A stretch of DNA of 64,000 nucleotides from positions 78,802,001-78,866,000 of the forward strand of contig NC_043003.1 of NCBI RefSeq assembly GCF_006345805.1, written 5' to 3'. The stretch's first letter is position 1. Each line of letters begins with the position of its first letter. The translations under genes were made by a program, and so were the position numbers. Shown piece by piece: positions 23,885 to 36,433 of the stretch. Source of the DNA: Octopus sinensis (lineage: Eukaryota). The notes below the pieces were generated by a model, which did no database searches, was not told the origin of the DNA, and worked only from the letters and a program-made list of their open reading frames with translations.

Positions 23885-24190
23885 TAACCAAGATCCATTG
23901 TCAAGGGGTGAATAGGGGGGGTCAAACACAAACACAAAGCCACACAAACATACATATTGTGTTTGTGTTTCTCCCCCATCCCCACCACCACCGCTTGACA
24001 ACCTCTCTTGGTGGGTTTACATCTCCATAACGTAGCAGTTCGACAAAACAGAACGATAGAATAAATACCAGGCTTAAAAAGACAAGTACTGAGGTCGATT
24101 CTTTCGACAAAAAAAAAAAAAGAAGATACAAGGTGGTGCTCCAGCATGACGGCAGTCAAATGACTGGAAACAAGTCAAAGAATAAAAGAA
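23885..24190 (+). mobile_element. SINE family A, 3' half
   Basis: ccaccgcttgacaacc..ggtgctccagcatg..gtcaaatgactggaaacaag. Confidence 0.75.
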
Positions 24191-25327
24191 CATATATGGG
24201 TGGGGAATGTTTGCTAATTTTACGGTTGCTATTTTAAAGGAATTGAGCAAATAGCGGCAGGACATTTTGTGATAGGGATTGGAACCAATATCAAATCGAT
24301 AAACTGTACAAATGACGTCAGTGATACTTGAATACTTGAAGTACTGAAATGGCTGTCATATTGATGTATGGGAATTTAGTTGTCTGTCTATATTTGAATG
24401 GTTTTGTAAATGTGTAGGATGTATCAGATAAGATAAGAGAAATGACTGCCTTCAAACCTGTCATCTGCTACACGATGTAACAACAGCCTCATACATAAGA
24501 GGCGATGAAACTCCTCAACTGTGACCCTCTTCTTTCATTTTTGGTTTTTCCCTGTATGACTGACTATCACTCTTGCTCCTTCCTTTTGTGTGTCTTGCTT
24601 TCACATTCTGCCTTCCTCTCACTCTCTCTCTCTCTCGTTCGCTCGCTCTATCACTATCGCTCTATCACTATCTCTCTCTCACTCGATCTCTCTCTCTCTC
24701 GTTCGCTCGCTCTATCACTATCTCTCTCTCACTCGATCTCTCACACTATTCTTTATTACTCACTGTATCTATTCGCTCTTCTCTCTCTCTCTCTAGCGCA
24801 TGTAGCTGTCTCTCTTCCTCTTTCAGTTCTTTTTTCTTCCTTTCCCTCCACTACTTTCAGTTATTACCTATATCTGTTTGTCTAAACCCTCTGTCCCCTC
24901 AATCTCACTCATTTCTGTCTTCCTTTCACTAATCCTTACTCCCTCCCACACTATTTTCTCTTTCTTCTAATATCTGTTTGTCTACCTCTCCCTCTTTCTC
25001 CCTCCTCTCACTTCGTATTACTCCTTCTATCTATCCACTTTCTTCTACCTCTTACTTCTCCTTCTTTCGCCCTCTCACTTCCCTATTATCACTCCCTTAC
25101 CTTGTATCCGTCTACATCTTCCCCACTATTGCACCTTGTCGTGCCATTCTCTCTGTCTCTTTCCACCTTAGTTCAAGCTAGTTGTGCCATTATCCTGTTC
25201 TAAAGCAGAATTTGTCAGACAGTGATCCAGCTATTACTCGCCACATTCGTCACCTTTTCTGCTGGTGAAACATTACTTTTACACGGCGGGTACACAGCTT
25301 AAGAGTTGAGAGTAGTGATGGACGATA

Positions 25328-25725
25328 ATCTTTATATATAAAAGTGAAGTTGTGTGTCTGTCTCCTACGATTTAGATTCCTAACTACTCCCACATTTTGC
25401 GGTGCAGTTTAACCAAAACCGGGTATCTTATAGTCGTGATTCATATCAAGCCCTTCTGGGTATTAGCGCGCGTCTACAATGAGTCTACGATTTAAAAAAA
25501 AATTACCATCATTTTTTCCATTTTAATGCATTTTTTCGCTATTATATAAGGGAAGTAACTCTCTAAAAATGTCTGCGATGAGTCAACGATTTAAAAAAAA
25601 ATTACCATCATTTTTTTTTCCATTTTGAATGCATTTTTTGGCTATTTTTTGGCTATAACTCTCTAAAAATGCTTATATAGTTATTTCCCTTACAAACCCG
25701 AGCAACGCCGGGCGATACTGCTAGT
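25328..25725 (-). mobile_element. Helitron/Helentron-like element with an internal ~100-bp tandem duplication
   Basis: Reverse complement starts actagcagtatcgcccggcgttgctcggg; the block tacgatttaaaaaaaaattaccatcatt..ataactctctaaaaatg occurs twice. Confidence 0.6.
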
Positions 25726-25869
25726 GTAGTATAAAAATATTACACCTAAATTTAATATTATTATCACCCCAGGGTAGACACATTTACTCAAAGAATCTTT
25801 AAAAAAAAAGGAAAAGAGTTGTAGTTAAGAGAAGCAGTTGGAGAAAGAGAGAGAGCGTTTAATTGGATA

Positions 25870-26260
25870 ATCTGTTCTTCGCCTTCTATTCGTATATGCC
25901 AGATTTGTTCTTTGTTGTGCCTGGAGGTCTACTGCAACAGGCTGCAATCTGAGAGCATTCCTAATTGTGTAAGTCATGGAATTATCAGTCTGTTGAAGAG
26001 TGACACAAACAAAGCGAATGTCGGCTGAATAAAGGGGTAATGGTTTGGACGAAGAGGGTGGTGTTTATTTTAGGCAGTGTTGCCAGACCTGTATAAACTT
26101 GTGTAATTCAGAGAATAGTTATCCAGAATAATGTCCGGCTCATGCGATACCTCATAAAGAAGTTTGGGTGCAAGGTTGGCTTTTTTGGGAGGTGGACCAC
26201 GGTTAAGTTAGAACAACCGACAGCGTTCGACCTTGTTGGCTACCACTATCTGACAACTCT
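25870..26260 (+). pseudogene. Tx1/L1-type RT relic
   Basis: RIxPDLF..IPNCVSHGIISLLK, VIQNNVRLMRYLI and AFDLVGYHYL (KAFDRV motif) across broken frames. Confidence 0.55.
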
Positions 26261-26544
26261 TCTAAGCGCAAGCAGTTAAGGTCTGGAATGCAGAGGCTGA
26301 AACGCCACATTATATGACTGTCTATTTAGTGAAACTCTTTCTCCCTATGCAATCACACGCTACTTCTGAATCTTTTGGTTCTTGAGCTCTTTACTGTGAA
26401 CTTTAGATATGCCGAGTAGCAACATGTTCTAAACGGGACCCAGGAAGTCGGTATTTGTATACGGAAACATCATCATCGTAATAACATCGATCATAATGGA
26501 AATCTAGAAGATTTGCTCGAAAGGGGTATAACCCATGAAGTTTT

Positions 26545-26800
26545 TCAGTGCTTCCCACTTTGTGGAGACGAAGGGTAGACGATATCTATCGACCTGAAAT
26601 CTGGCTCGATAGTGTGGAGAAAACTAAGGTACCCAAGGGCGAAAAAGATGCTGTTAATCTCGGTCACGGATTCTGTCTAGCATTCAAGATTAAGATTTGT
26701 CCCACCGACATACTTCCACAGTATTTCTTTCTGTCAAATTTTACTCGCAAGGTTTTCTTCAACTCGAAGTTTCCTCAAGAATTCGTACTGAAGGATTGAA
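26545..26800 (+). pseudogene. Highly decayed PLE-type RT palm/thumb fragment
   Basis: LWRRRVDDIY (cf. WxRYVDDIF) followed by CPTDILPQY (cf. KPTDxxQYL). Confidence 0.4.
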
Positions 26801-27059
26801 ATTGTAAGTATGTAACTGCGAAGCGAACTTCTGAGACACACAAGCAAACCGACGTCGATGTAATTTTGAAATCACTTTTATAGAGGTTTTAAAGATTGTT
26901 TTACCCAGATGCGTCTCTTTTGGATTTTATCTACATAAATTACAGTTTCCATTTATCGAACTCATTTCTTTGGAACAGATCTTAAACGATCACATCATGT
27001 CATATTTTCACGTTTTCTTTTCAGAATCACCTTTACAGTTAAAGACAGTAGAATAAAAT

Positions 27060-27960
27060 GCCGAAATATAGGAGTTGGGGAGACTGATTAGAAGTTCCTT
27101 TATATTGGTCTGTTTGGTTTTTGTAGTCATTGATAATGAAACAAAAAGGCTAGCACTGAGTGCCGGGCATAAAACGTAAAATTGCAAGAGCAAGAACTCC
27201 AATGTAAATATTGAAAGGTTGCGAGGAAGAGCTATATAAAGGAATTACGCCTTTCACGTCTATGTGAATTGACTGAACAATTCTGAGTACCAGCGAAGGA
27301 CACCCAATCTTGACAAGAATTTTGAACGGCTGTCTCTTCACAAGATCGAAGGCTCTCTGCATTTTTTTGTAACTGGAGTAATAAGAAGATCACATGATTT
27401 ATGGAGCGCTCTGATCTGAGCAACACTAAGACTCGGGGTATACACTTTCAGATATTTTCTGCAGGCTGTTTAGGGTCAAGCAAGCGAAAAGCTTCTCAAA
27501 CAATGTTCAGTAAGGATGTTCTGTGGTTATTACATTCACTTGTACATTTGGTCATGTACAGAGTAACAATGTTACTGTCTCTCATATTCTGTGATTCTGT
27601 TTATTCTTTCCAGTAATGATACGCCAGTTTGCATAGATGACACATAAGAATGCACTTTGCACACTTGATGGCCTCTTGTGCAATGCCATCAGATTCCGGT
27701 ACCTTGTCCGTTGGAAGACAACCAATAGCTTTACTCAGTTCATTAACGATCGCCAAAGTATCTAGTTCCTTCATCCCTGGCAGACACTCCACGGAGGTTA
27801 GCCTACTGTTCAAAACAGTATTTTCTGTGGAGTAGAGTTTAGAGTAATGCCCTACCTGTCTTTCCATTTGCATGACTTTATCGTTGAAGGTCTTGTCTGT
27901 GGCAATTTTCAGTAGTGTTGCCTTACTTAAGATTAGATTAATGGCCCTTTTATTCACTCA
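27060..27960 (-). pseudogene. RTE/BovB-clade LINE RT relic
   Basis: MERQVGHYSKLYSTENTV..ELSKAIGCL..KVPESDGIAQEAIKC and RAFDLVKR..FKILVKIGCP..IVQSIHIDVKG. Confidence 0.85.
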
Positions 27961-28831
27961 TAAATTCCACGGATGTCACCGGTGTCCAATGATAATTGAA
28001 TACAACTTTGCGAAGCTGCAACCAGTAGTCATTTGCAAAGCGCTAGGATGTTTCCAGTTCTCAACATTTATGAGCGCGCATGTGTATGGATGTATGAATA
28101 TATATATGTACGTATCTGTCTATTTGTCTGTCTGTCTGTCTGTCTGTCTATGTGAATGTAACTTTTAAACAAGAATGTTATTGATAACACCTTCGAAGTT
28201 TCGGTCAGCTAAGTCGTCGTCGGAGTATATAAACTAAAATTTTTCTGTAGAATTTTTTACTCGACAACACACGTGGGTGAGGGGGAATACGAGACCTCAT
28301 TTGTATGTTTTGAATTCGTTGGTACTGGTCATTGGATATAGTTTGTCTGATACTTGAATCGGATAGATATGTTCAATTTTTTCAGTGCTCGAAGAGCGAG
28401 AATGACTGGAATGGAAATGCAATTTTTGCATTTTTCATATCTATCTAACTCCGAAATGCGTCCACAGTTAATCAAATACCGAGTGAATTTCGTTGTTTTT
28501 CCTCTTTGACTACGTGAATTGTTTCTGAGTATATGTTATCTGGGAGAATTTCTTACGGTAGAGAAATAGTTAGTTTCTTTGGCTGCTATTTCTAAATTTC
28601 GTTATGTGGTGAAGCAAATTTTTTTTTTTTGATGAACCCTAATTATAATTATACTCATAATTATAAAAAAAAAACATGGTTTAAGTTTACGATAATGGTC
28701 CTTTTAACATGCCGAATACTACTTGGTGGAATTATTAATTATTAATTAATTAATTAATTTTACCCTATATTATTATTGATTATATATATATATATATATA
28801 TAATATATATATATATAATATATATATATAT

Positions 28832-28990
28832 ACTCTTTACTCTTTTATTGTTTCAGTCATTTGACTGCGGCCATGCTGGAGCACCACACTTAGTCGAGCA
28901 AATCGACCCCAGGACTTATTGTTTGTAAGCCTAGTACTTATTCTATCGGTCTCTTTGGCCGAACCGCTAAGTTACGGGGACACAGACACA
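28832..28990 (-). mobile_element. SINE family A, 3' fragment, young
   Basis: ctctttactctttt..cagtcatttgactgcggccatgctggagcacc. Confidence 0.88.
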
Positions 28991-29006
28991 CACACACACA
29001 CACACA

Positions 29007-29042
<36 letters not shown>

Positions 29043-29161
29043 TGTATGTATGTATGTACGTATGTATGTACGTATGTATGTGTATTTATATCAAACCTAG
29101 TTTCGTTTATCATGTCAGTACGTTTCAGATATCTAGCATAGCCACTCTTGACGCCGTGGGC

Positions 29162-29208
<47 letters not shown>

Positions 29209-29270
29209 TTCATTCACATACGCATCCATACATACGTATATATGTATCAGACGTATACACACACTATATA

Positions 29271-29706
29271 CTCTTTACTCTTTTTTTACTCTTTTACTTG
29301 TTTCAGTCATTTGACTGCGGCCAAGCTGGAGCACCGCCTTTAATCGAGCAACTCGACCCCGGGACTTATTCTTTTGTAAGCCCAGTACTTATTCTATCGG
29401 TCTCTTTTTGCCGAACCGCTAAGTGACGGGGACGTAAACACACCAGCATCGGTTGTCAAGCAATGCTAGGGGGACAAACACAGACACACAAACATATACA
29501 CACACACACTTATATATATATAATATATATATATATATATACATATATACGACAGGCTTCTTTCAGTTTCCGTCTACCAAATCCACTCACAAGGCATTAG
29601 TCGGCCCGGGGCTATAGCAGAAGACACTTGCCCAAGATGCCACGCAGTGGGACTGAACCCGGAACCATGTGGTTGGTTAGCAAGCTACTTACCACACAGC
29701 CACTCC

Positions 29707-29707
<1 letters not shown>
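29271..29707 (-). mobile_element. SINE family A, young, flanked by ~105-bp direct repeats
   Basis: Near-identical to 61614-62014; flanks 29206-29270 and 29746-29810 are identical over 65 bp. Confidence 0.92.
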
Positions 29708-29748
<41 letters not shown>

Positions 29749-30104
29749 TTCATTCACATACGCATCCATACATACGTATATATGTATCAGACGTATACAC
29801 ACACTATATATTAGTTTATCACATGCAATATGCTTTCATTGTGGGTATGAGCCGCTGTGGGTATATGTGACGAACATATGAATGGACCAATAATAATAAT
29901 ACGAAGCAACAACGAATGATAACTAAATAAGAAAAGACGTGAAAGAAAAGGAAATAATGATAGGTGGGAGGGGGGTCAATAAAATGAGAATAAGGTTAAA
30001 AGTAAAAGAATGGAGTTAGGAATGCTGTGGCGGTGAATTGAGGTCAGTAATGCGAATTAATAAAATAATGCTCGCAGAATTTAACATGTATACACATGTG
30101 TGTC

Positions 30105-30162
<58 letters not shown>

Positions 30163-30539
30163 TGTGTGTGTGCGCGTATGTCTGTGTAACTATGCATCTA
30201 TTCATCTATTTAACTATCTCTCCCTCTCACCTCCTTTTTCTCTGATACATGCATATACAAACACACACACACACACACATATATATATACAGGGAGAGAG
30301 AGAGGGAGTGTGTGAGAGAGAGAGGGAGTGTGTGAGAGAGAGAGGGGTTGAAGAGAGAGAGATGCATAACGTACACAGATACATACATAATACACACAGA
30401 CATTCGTACATACATGCATAATGCATACGTACATGCATAATGCATACGTACATGCATCCATCCATATATATATATATATATATCCATCCATACACACACA
30501 CACCCACACATACACATATATATACATATATATATATAT

Positions 30540-30579
<40 letters not shown>

Positions 30580-31596
30580 AAGAAAGAAGGGCACAAAGAG
30601 AGATGGATTGTAAAACAGACAGACAGACAGACAGATATACATGTACAGCACTTGCACGAGGAATGAAATATGAAAACAAAAAGAAAATTTCGCTTGGATT
30701 CTTGGAAAGTAAGAGTATCTGATGTGAAAAGTGGGTGAGATTTACAATGAAATATTGGCATCTGATTTTTCATAATTAGTGGAATTATGAAAGTATTTTA
30801 AGTACGGAGTTCTTCTCAGCTATACTTAAATCGCATTTTTAATTTCCATTCTTATGCGTGCATTTCTCAAGAACCTTCCTATTGATGTTTTAAATCAGTT
30901 GCATGTTCTTTTGTGTACCAAATACAATAATTGATAATTGCGTTACGTACGTCTTTTTTCTCCGCCGCGAAGAATATCATAGTACTTTATTTTAAAGCTA
31001 TCTTTCGTCACATATTTTGTTTTGGTAGTTACGACTTTTGTTTGGTATATAACCATTCTTGTATTAGATGACTGATAGAGTGGATATGCAAGCCTCTGTG
31101 GCTTTGTTAGTAGATTCTTCATTATATTAGTGTAGTTAAAACTCAGTTTTAAATTGTTCATACTAAATGATTTCCTCTATCTGTGTTTAATGGGGAATTA
31201 TTTATCAGTTAACGTTAGGGCGTTTATAGCAGTAATGGATTTAATGTGTAACGAAAATGGAGAGTAAACCTGATGATATTTTACCGATTCTTCTTACTTT
31301 GGGATAGAGGAGTTAGGAATATAAACGATCCGCCTTTGATTCTTCTAATTTATTACAGAAATGGGTTGCATTATCAAAGATATCGATATTCGATGAAAAA
31401 TTGGCACTCCTTATTAAGTTTTAAAACATAGATGTGGTGGGAGTCAATATTTATATATGTAAGCGGTTCATGAAGATTTGTGCAAGTTTGTACTTATTAT
31501 GAAGTTTATATCACAGAAATTAACTATACCTAGCTTGGTCGTAGTAGTTAGTTTTAGGCCGAAATTATTGATGATATTAACAAGGCCTTCTCTTAT

Positions 31597-31905
31597 TGTG
31601 AAGACACGTGGCTTAATGGTTAGGACATTCGGCAGTGGATTTATTTCCCGGCGATGCGTTGTGTCCTTGAGTAAGACACTTTATTTCACGTTGCTCCAGC
31701 CAACCCAGCTGGCAAAAATGAGTTGTACCTGTATTTAAAAAGGGCTAGCCGTGTCACATTGTGTGTTACGCTGAATTTCCCAGTGAACTACGTTAACGGT
31801 ACGCGTGTCTCTGGACTGCTCAGCCACTTGTACGTTAATTTCACGAGTAAGCTGTTCCGTTGATCGGATCAACTGGAATCCTCGTCGTGATTGACGGAGG
31901 GCCAA
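31597..31905 (+). mobile_element. SINE hybrid: family D head/CORE-like domain with family C tail
   Basis: gtgtccttgagtaagacactttatttcacgttgctccag followed by aatttcacgagtaagctgttccgttgatcggatcaactgg. Confidence 0.85.
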
Positions 31906-32529
31906 TTTTTTTTTATTCTTTCTAAAGTATGTCCTTTGGCAGATGAAATATAGCTAACTCATCATCTCTATATAAACCAAAGTCTATGCTGGTTAATTTC
32001 TTACACTGTGCACCTAGAATATATAGTTCTACAAAATCACACCTTAGCGGTAACCTGTTGCTCCATACTTCTTACAGCGAAGGAATCGTTGAATTCAGTT
32101 TTTCACCCAGACACATCTGTATCTTTGTAACGAAGCAAAGATTTACGAGCATCACTTATGCTATCAATTTTATTATCAGCTATTCTAAATATCTTCGCGA
32201 ACTATATGAAATTGAAGAGAAAAGATTTGGAAATAAATTTCAAGAATACGAAATTGGGTAATGTTGCAGTTATTTTTGATTACTAATATATTAAACCAAC
32301 TAATAAATGTGTTCGAGTCGTACCACTGCTAGAAGTTGGTTACCCTAGTAAGGTTTTGTTTGCCTTGTTAATTAATCCGACTTTGCATTAGCAGGATTAC
32401 TCAATGTACACATGGTCTTCTTGTCTATTATCTAAGTTTAATGTATAAGCTAAATTTTCGCCTCACTCTTACTACTGTGAGTTTGTCCAGAGGTCTTTTA
32501 CTTTTAGGTGACATTAATACTTAGCAGCT

Positions 32530-32720
32530 TAAGGCGGCGAGCCGACAAAATCGTTAACACGCCGGATAAAATGCTTAGTGGCATTTCGCCTGTCTATAGG
32601 TTCTGAATAGAAATTCCGGTGAGATTGACCTTATCTTTCATCCTTTTGATGAAATAAGTACCAGTTGAGCACTGGGGATGATTTAATCGACAAATCCTCT
32701 ATACTATAGGTCTTGAAAGG
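32530..32720 (+). mobile_element. SINE family B, diverged, nested in the PLE relic
   Basis: aaggcggcgagcc..tttcatcctttt..aataagtaccagttgagcactgggg. Confidence 0.8.
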
Positions 32721-33092
32721 TTTATTATTTAGTAGTTCATTATAAGTAATACTTTCTGCTTTTAACATAGATTTTAACGTAGTCTTATCAGACGATATGA
32801 ACACTTCGTTATTTTCCCTCTCTCCATCACTTGTTCCCCATCCAACTTTTTCATTTTTCATTCTTCTCTCTAGGAACCCACTTAATATTTTCAAATTCTC
32901 TGACCATTAAAAAGAGAAAGCTTTTATTTTAATGTTACAAGTTGGTAACCTTTTTTCTCGTTCCAGCATATATATACCACAGGACTTAATTATACTGAAT
33001 ATACCAACATTGTAGACCAATATAAACTTCTGATGATTGTTAAATTAACTCGGTATGGAACTCATATACTAACTATTTTCTATAAACGACTG

Positions 33093-33285
33093 CATGCTTG
33101 ATCGCTAAATCCACAAGTTTTATTTTTATCATTCTCTCTCTGTTTATTTTCTCTTATTATTTTCTGTTGAAGAGCGCAGGCTCGAAATGTAAAGGACTTT
33201 CTCACGTTCCCGAGCACGAAACTAATACACCAGTTTGTTGTTCATACACCTGTCTTCGTCTTTTGTTTTTCTGCAAAATTCATAT
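33093..33285 (+). mobile_element. Family F copy with hammerhead-like motif
   Basis: atgcttgatcgctaaatccacaag..ttttctgttgaagagcgcaggctcgaaatgtaaagg. Confidence 0.78.
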
Positions 33286-33398
33286 ATATATATATATATA
33301 TATACTCTTGACATATATTTGTAATACATGTCTGTATGTGTGTTTGTGCGCGTCTAGAAAAATACACGCACACATATGTATGTGTGTGTGCGTGTGCG

Positions 33399-33426
<28 letters not shown>

Positions 33427-33439
<13 letters not shown>

Positions 33440-33748
33440 TGTGTGTGTGGAGGCGCAATGGCCTAGTGGTTAGGGCAGCGGTCTTGCGGTCGTAGGATCG
33501 CGTTTCGATTCCCAGACCGGGCGTTGTGAGTGTTTATTGAGCGAAAACACCTAAAAGCTCCACGAGGCTCCGGCAGGGGGTGGTGATCCCTGCTGTACTC
33601 TTTCATCACTCTTTCTCTCACTCTTCTGTTGGCCTGTTCGCTTAGCCAGCGGGGTGGCGTCATTCGAAGGCTAAAATAATGCGAACGCATTGTGACCAGC
33701 GATGTGTAAAACATCTGATGGTCTGGTCGGTCACGTGATCACGTGATA
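33427..33748 (+). mobile_element. SINE with family C head/body and a different tail ending in (cacgtgat)2
   Basis: Matches C to ctttctctcactctt, then unrelated ttcgcttagccagcggggtggcg..ggtcacgtgatcacgtgat. Confidence 0.85.
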
Positions 33749-33993
33749 TATATATATATACACATGTGTGTGTGTGTGTGTGTGTGTGTGTATGGTACGT
33801 ATATATATGAAGCAAATATAATCATGATCGTTAGTCCGATTAAATGTTTGTTCGCTCTCAAACTTAGCTTTCAGTTCTATATTCTACGTACGCGGATATA
33901 GCTTATAGCTACTTTGAATTCGTCACGCTGAACCTGGAATAAATAAATAAATAAATAAATGTATGTATGTATGTATGTATGTATGTATGTATG

Positions 33994-34074
<81 letters not shown>

Positions 34075-34300
34075 ATATATGGGTACAAGACGTCACCAAC
34101 AGTAAACAATATGAAATACAAAAACAGATGAGTGCAATACGCAAACAACGAGAGAAACAAATGGAAAACAGGACAAGTAACACAAAGAACGACTCTTCAT
34201 CAATCGTCGGCTGTCTATCTACTCCTCATTTCGAGCACTGAACGATAATATGAGTCTTCGAAGACTGTTGTTCCTATAAGTACCAAAATAAAATTTTGGA
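34075..34300. repeat. Family I dispersed repeat (probable PLE end)
   Basis: gcatatatgg.taca.gacgtca.caac.gtaaacaa.atgaaatac.aaaaca.atgagt shared with 45985-46075. Confidence 0.6.
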
Positions 34301-34482
34301 TTTATGGAGGGTGAAAGCTGGGAAGAAAAATAGGGCAGTGGAGAATTGCAAGGAAACCTAACGAAAACAAACATGGAGGATCGTTTGACCAGAACGAGGG
34401 TAAAATAGTGAACGCTGGGGAAATATTTTCTTTGACAAGAGAGAAGATAAAAGAGAGAGATAGGATATATATATATATATAT

Positions 34483-34516
<34 letters not shown>

Positions 34517-34521
34517 ATATA

Positions 34522-34739
34522 TCTATATATATAGTTAATCTAAACAAGAAACACAGAAAAAAACACAGCAACGCGAAGACGTGGAACAATTAAAGTATTA
34601 TTTGACGCTCAGGAAAGAAGGGAAGGAGAGTTTAACGTTTCGAGCAGAGCTCTTCGTCGGAAACAAGGAGAAGGAAAGATCCCAAGAAGGAAGACAGGAA
34701 AAAAATATTTATGCTGGTGGTGCTCAAGAGATCACATGT

Positions 34740-34803
<64 letters not shown>

Positions 34804-35020
34804 TATATATATGCGCGCGCGTGTGTGATGGCATGTGTCTCGTTGGCGATTTTCTTCCCTGTCTTCCCTTCTTTGGACTTTTTCTATATTTTTGATGAAG
34901 AGCTCCGCTCGAAACGTGAAATCCTCTTTCAGTTCTTTTCTTTCCTGAGCATCCAATAACATTGTACTTACTCCACGATCTCGCGTTGTTGTTTTTTTCT
35001 TACTTGTTCATGTTTGGATT

Positions 35021-35026
<6 letters not shown>
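34522..35026. mobile_element. Two family G copies in inverted orientation around (TA)n
   Basis: 34522-34710 is minus strand and 34830-35026 is plus strand; each carries a GAGC-loop-GCTC-GAAAC motif. Confidence 0.8.
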
Positions 35027-35075
<49 letters not shown>

Positions 35076-35134
35076 TATATATATTATATTATATATATAT
35101 ATATATTATATATATAATATATATATATATATAT

Positions 35135-35545
35135 CTTTTACTTATTTCAGTCATTAGACTGCGGCCATACTTGGGCACCCACTTAAAATTTTTATTCGAA
35201 TGAATCGACACCACTACTTATTTTTTAAGCTTGGTACTTATTTCATTGACTTCTTTTGCCTCCAGGTTACGGGGTCATAAGCACACCAGCACCGATTGTC
35301 AAGCGGTGGGGTGAGGACAAACACAGACACAAAGGCACATACATATAGATACACCCGTCCACACACGCTTAAATATATGCGAAGGGCTTCTTTCAGTTTC
35401 TATCTACCAAGTCCATTCACAAGGTTTTGGTCGACCCGAAGCTATAGTAGAAGACACTTGCCCAAGGTGTCACGCAGCTGGGACTGAACCCTGAACTATG
35501 TGGTTGAGAAGCAATCTTCTTACCATAAAGCCACGCCTTTGCCCA
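35135..35545 (-). mobile_element. SINE family A, diverged
   Basis: Colinear reverse complement of A. Confidence 0.82.
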
Positions 35546-36039
35546 TACATACACACGCGCGCGCGTATGCATATATGTGCGTATACAGCGAATACTCAAT
35601 TATACTTATAATATATTTCTATGGCTAATACAGTCATATACAGATGCGTGTGCGTACGTGCGTGTGTATGTATATCAAGAAATACTTCAGTCAAATATTT
35701 ATAAATAGACCTATGCGTTTGCGTGTAAAGTATGATTGGCAGCTATAATATTGCTACCGTTTTATCCCAGTCGACTAACATATGGTGTAAAGAACAAGGA
35801 ACTGGCTTTATAGATATTTCTCTGATAATTGTTGAAGACAGGGCAATGTGTCAATAAAAACAGCTAGTTCTGTTCTCTAGCAATATTCACAGACATCTGT
35901 GTAATTTATAGCTGTGCTTTGGGAAGTTTCTTTTAACAGCTCGCCTGTTAAACTTGCTTCATTCAGTATATTTGTACTCTTGTAATTTAACGTTCCGCAT
36001 TGTAAGGATTTGCCGTTACCGTCGTCGTCGTCGTCGTAG

Positions 36040-36356
36040 GAGTAGCCTATTTCTTCTTCTTCATCTTCTTCTTCATCTTCTTCTTCATCTTCTTCTTCAC
36101 CTTCCTCCTCCTCCTCCTCCTCCTCCTCCTTCTCCCCCTTCTTCTTCATCTTCTTCTTCCTCCTCCACCTTCTTCTTCTTCATTTTCCTCTTCCTCCTCC
36201 CCCTCTTCTTCTTCATCACCTTCCTCCTCCTCCTCCTCCCCTTCTTCTTCTTCTTCATCTTCTTCACCTTCCTCCTGTTCTTCACCTTCCTCCTCTTCTT
36301 CCTCCCCTTCCCCCTCTTCTTCTTCTTCCTCCCCTCTCCCTCTTCTTCTTTTTTCT

Positions 36357-36422
<66 letters not shown>

Positions 36423-36425
36423 CCT
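36040..36425. repeat. (CTT/CTC)n and (CTGT/CT)n low-complexity tract
   Basis: Direct inspection; source of the poly-E/K/F ORFs. Confidence 0.95.
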
Positions 36426-36433
36426 GAATATAT

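Larger units (their letters stand above)
30660..32960 (-). pseudogene. Long decayed Penelope-like element (RT followed by GIY-YIG endonuclease), interrupted by two SINEs
   Basis: Colinear minus-strand motifs VFISSDKT, QWYDS, DARKSLL, GLYRDDELAIF, FGLKLTTTTKLGIVNFCDI, EPLTYINIDSH, NIIRF, MNNLKLSFNY, VIYQTKV..FKIKYY, KCDLSIAEK. Confidence 0.8.

Noticed and set aside
28185-28230. Another CCGACGA..GAAAC hammerhead-like motif on the minus strand
   Set aside because: Helices I and II do not pair convincingly; at best a decayed copy.
32078-32257. Apparent 180-bp open plus-strand exon with AG/GT ends
   Set aside because: It is the antisense of the PLE RT relic (DARKSLL region), so the open frame is better explained as a shadow.
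34190-34235. Possible type II hammerhead arrangement in family I
   Set aside because: No credible helix I or III could be formed by hand.
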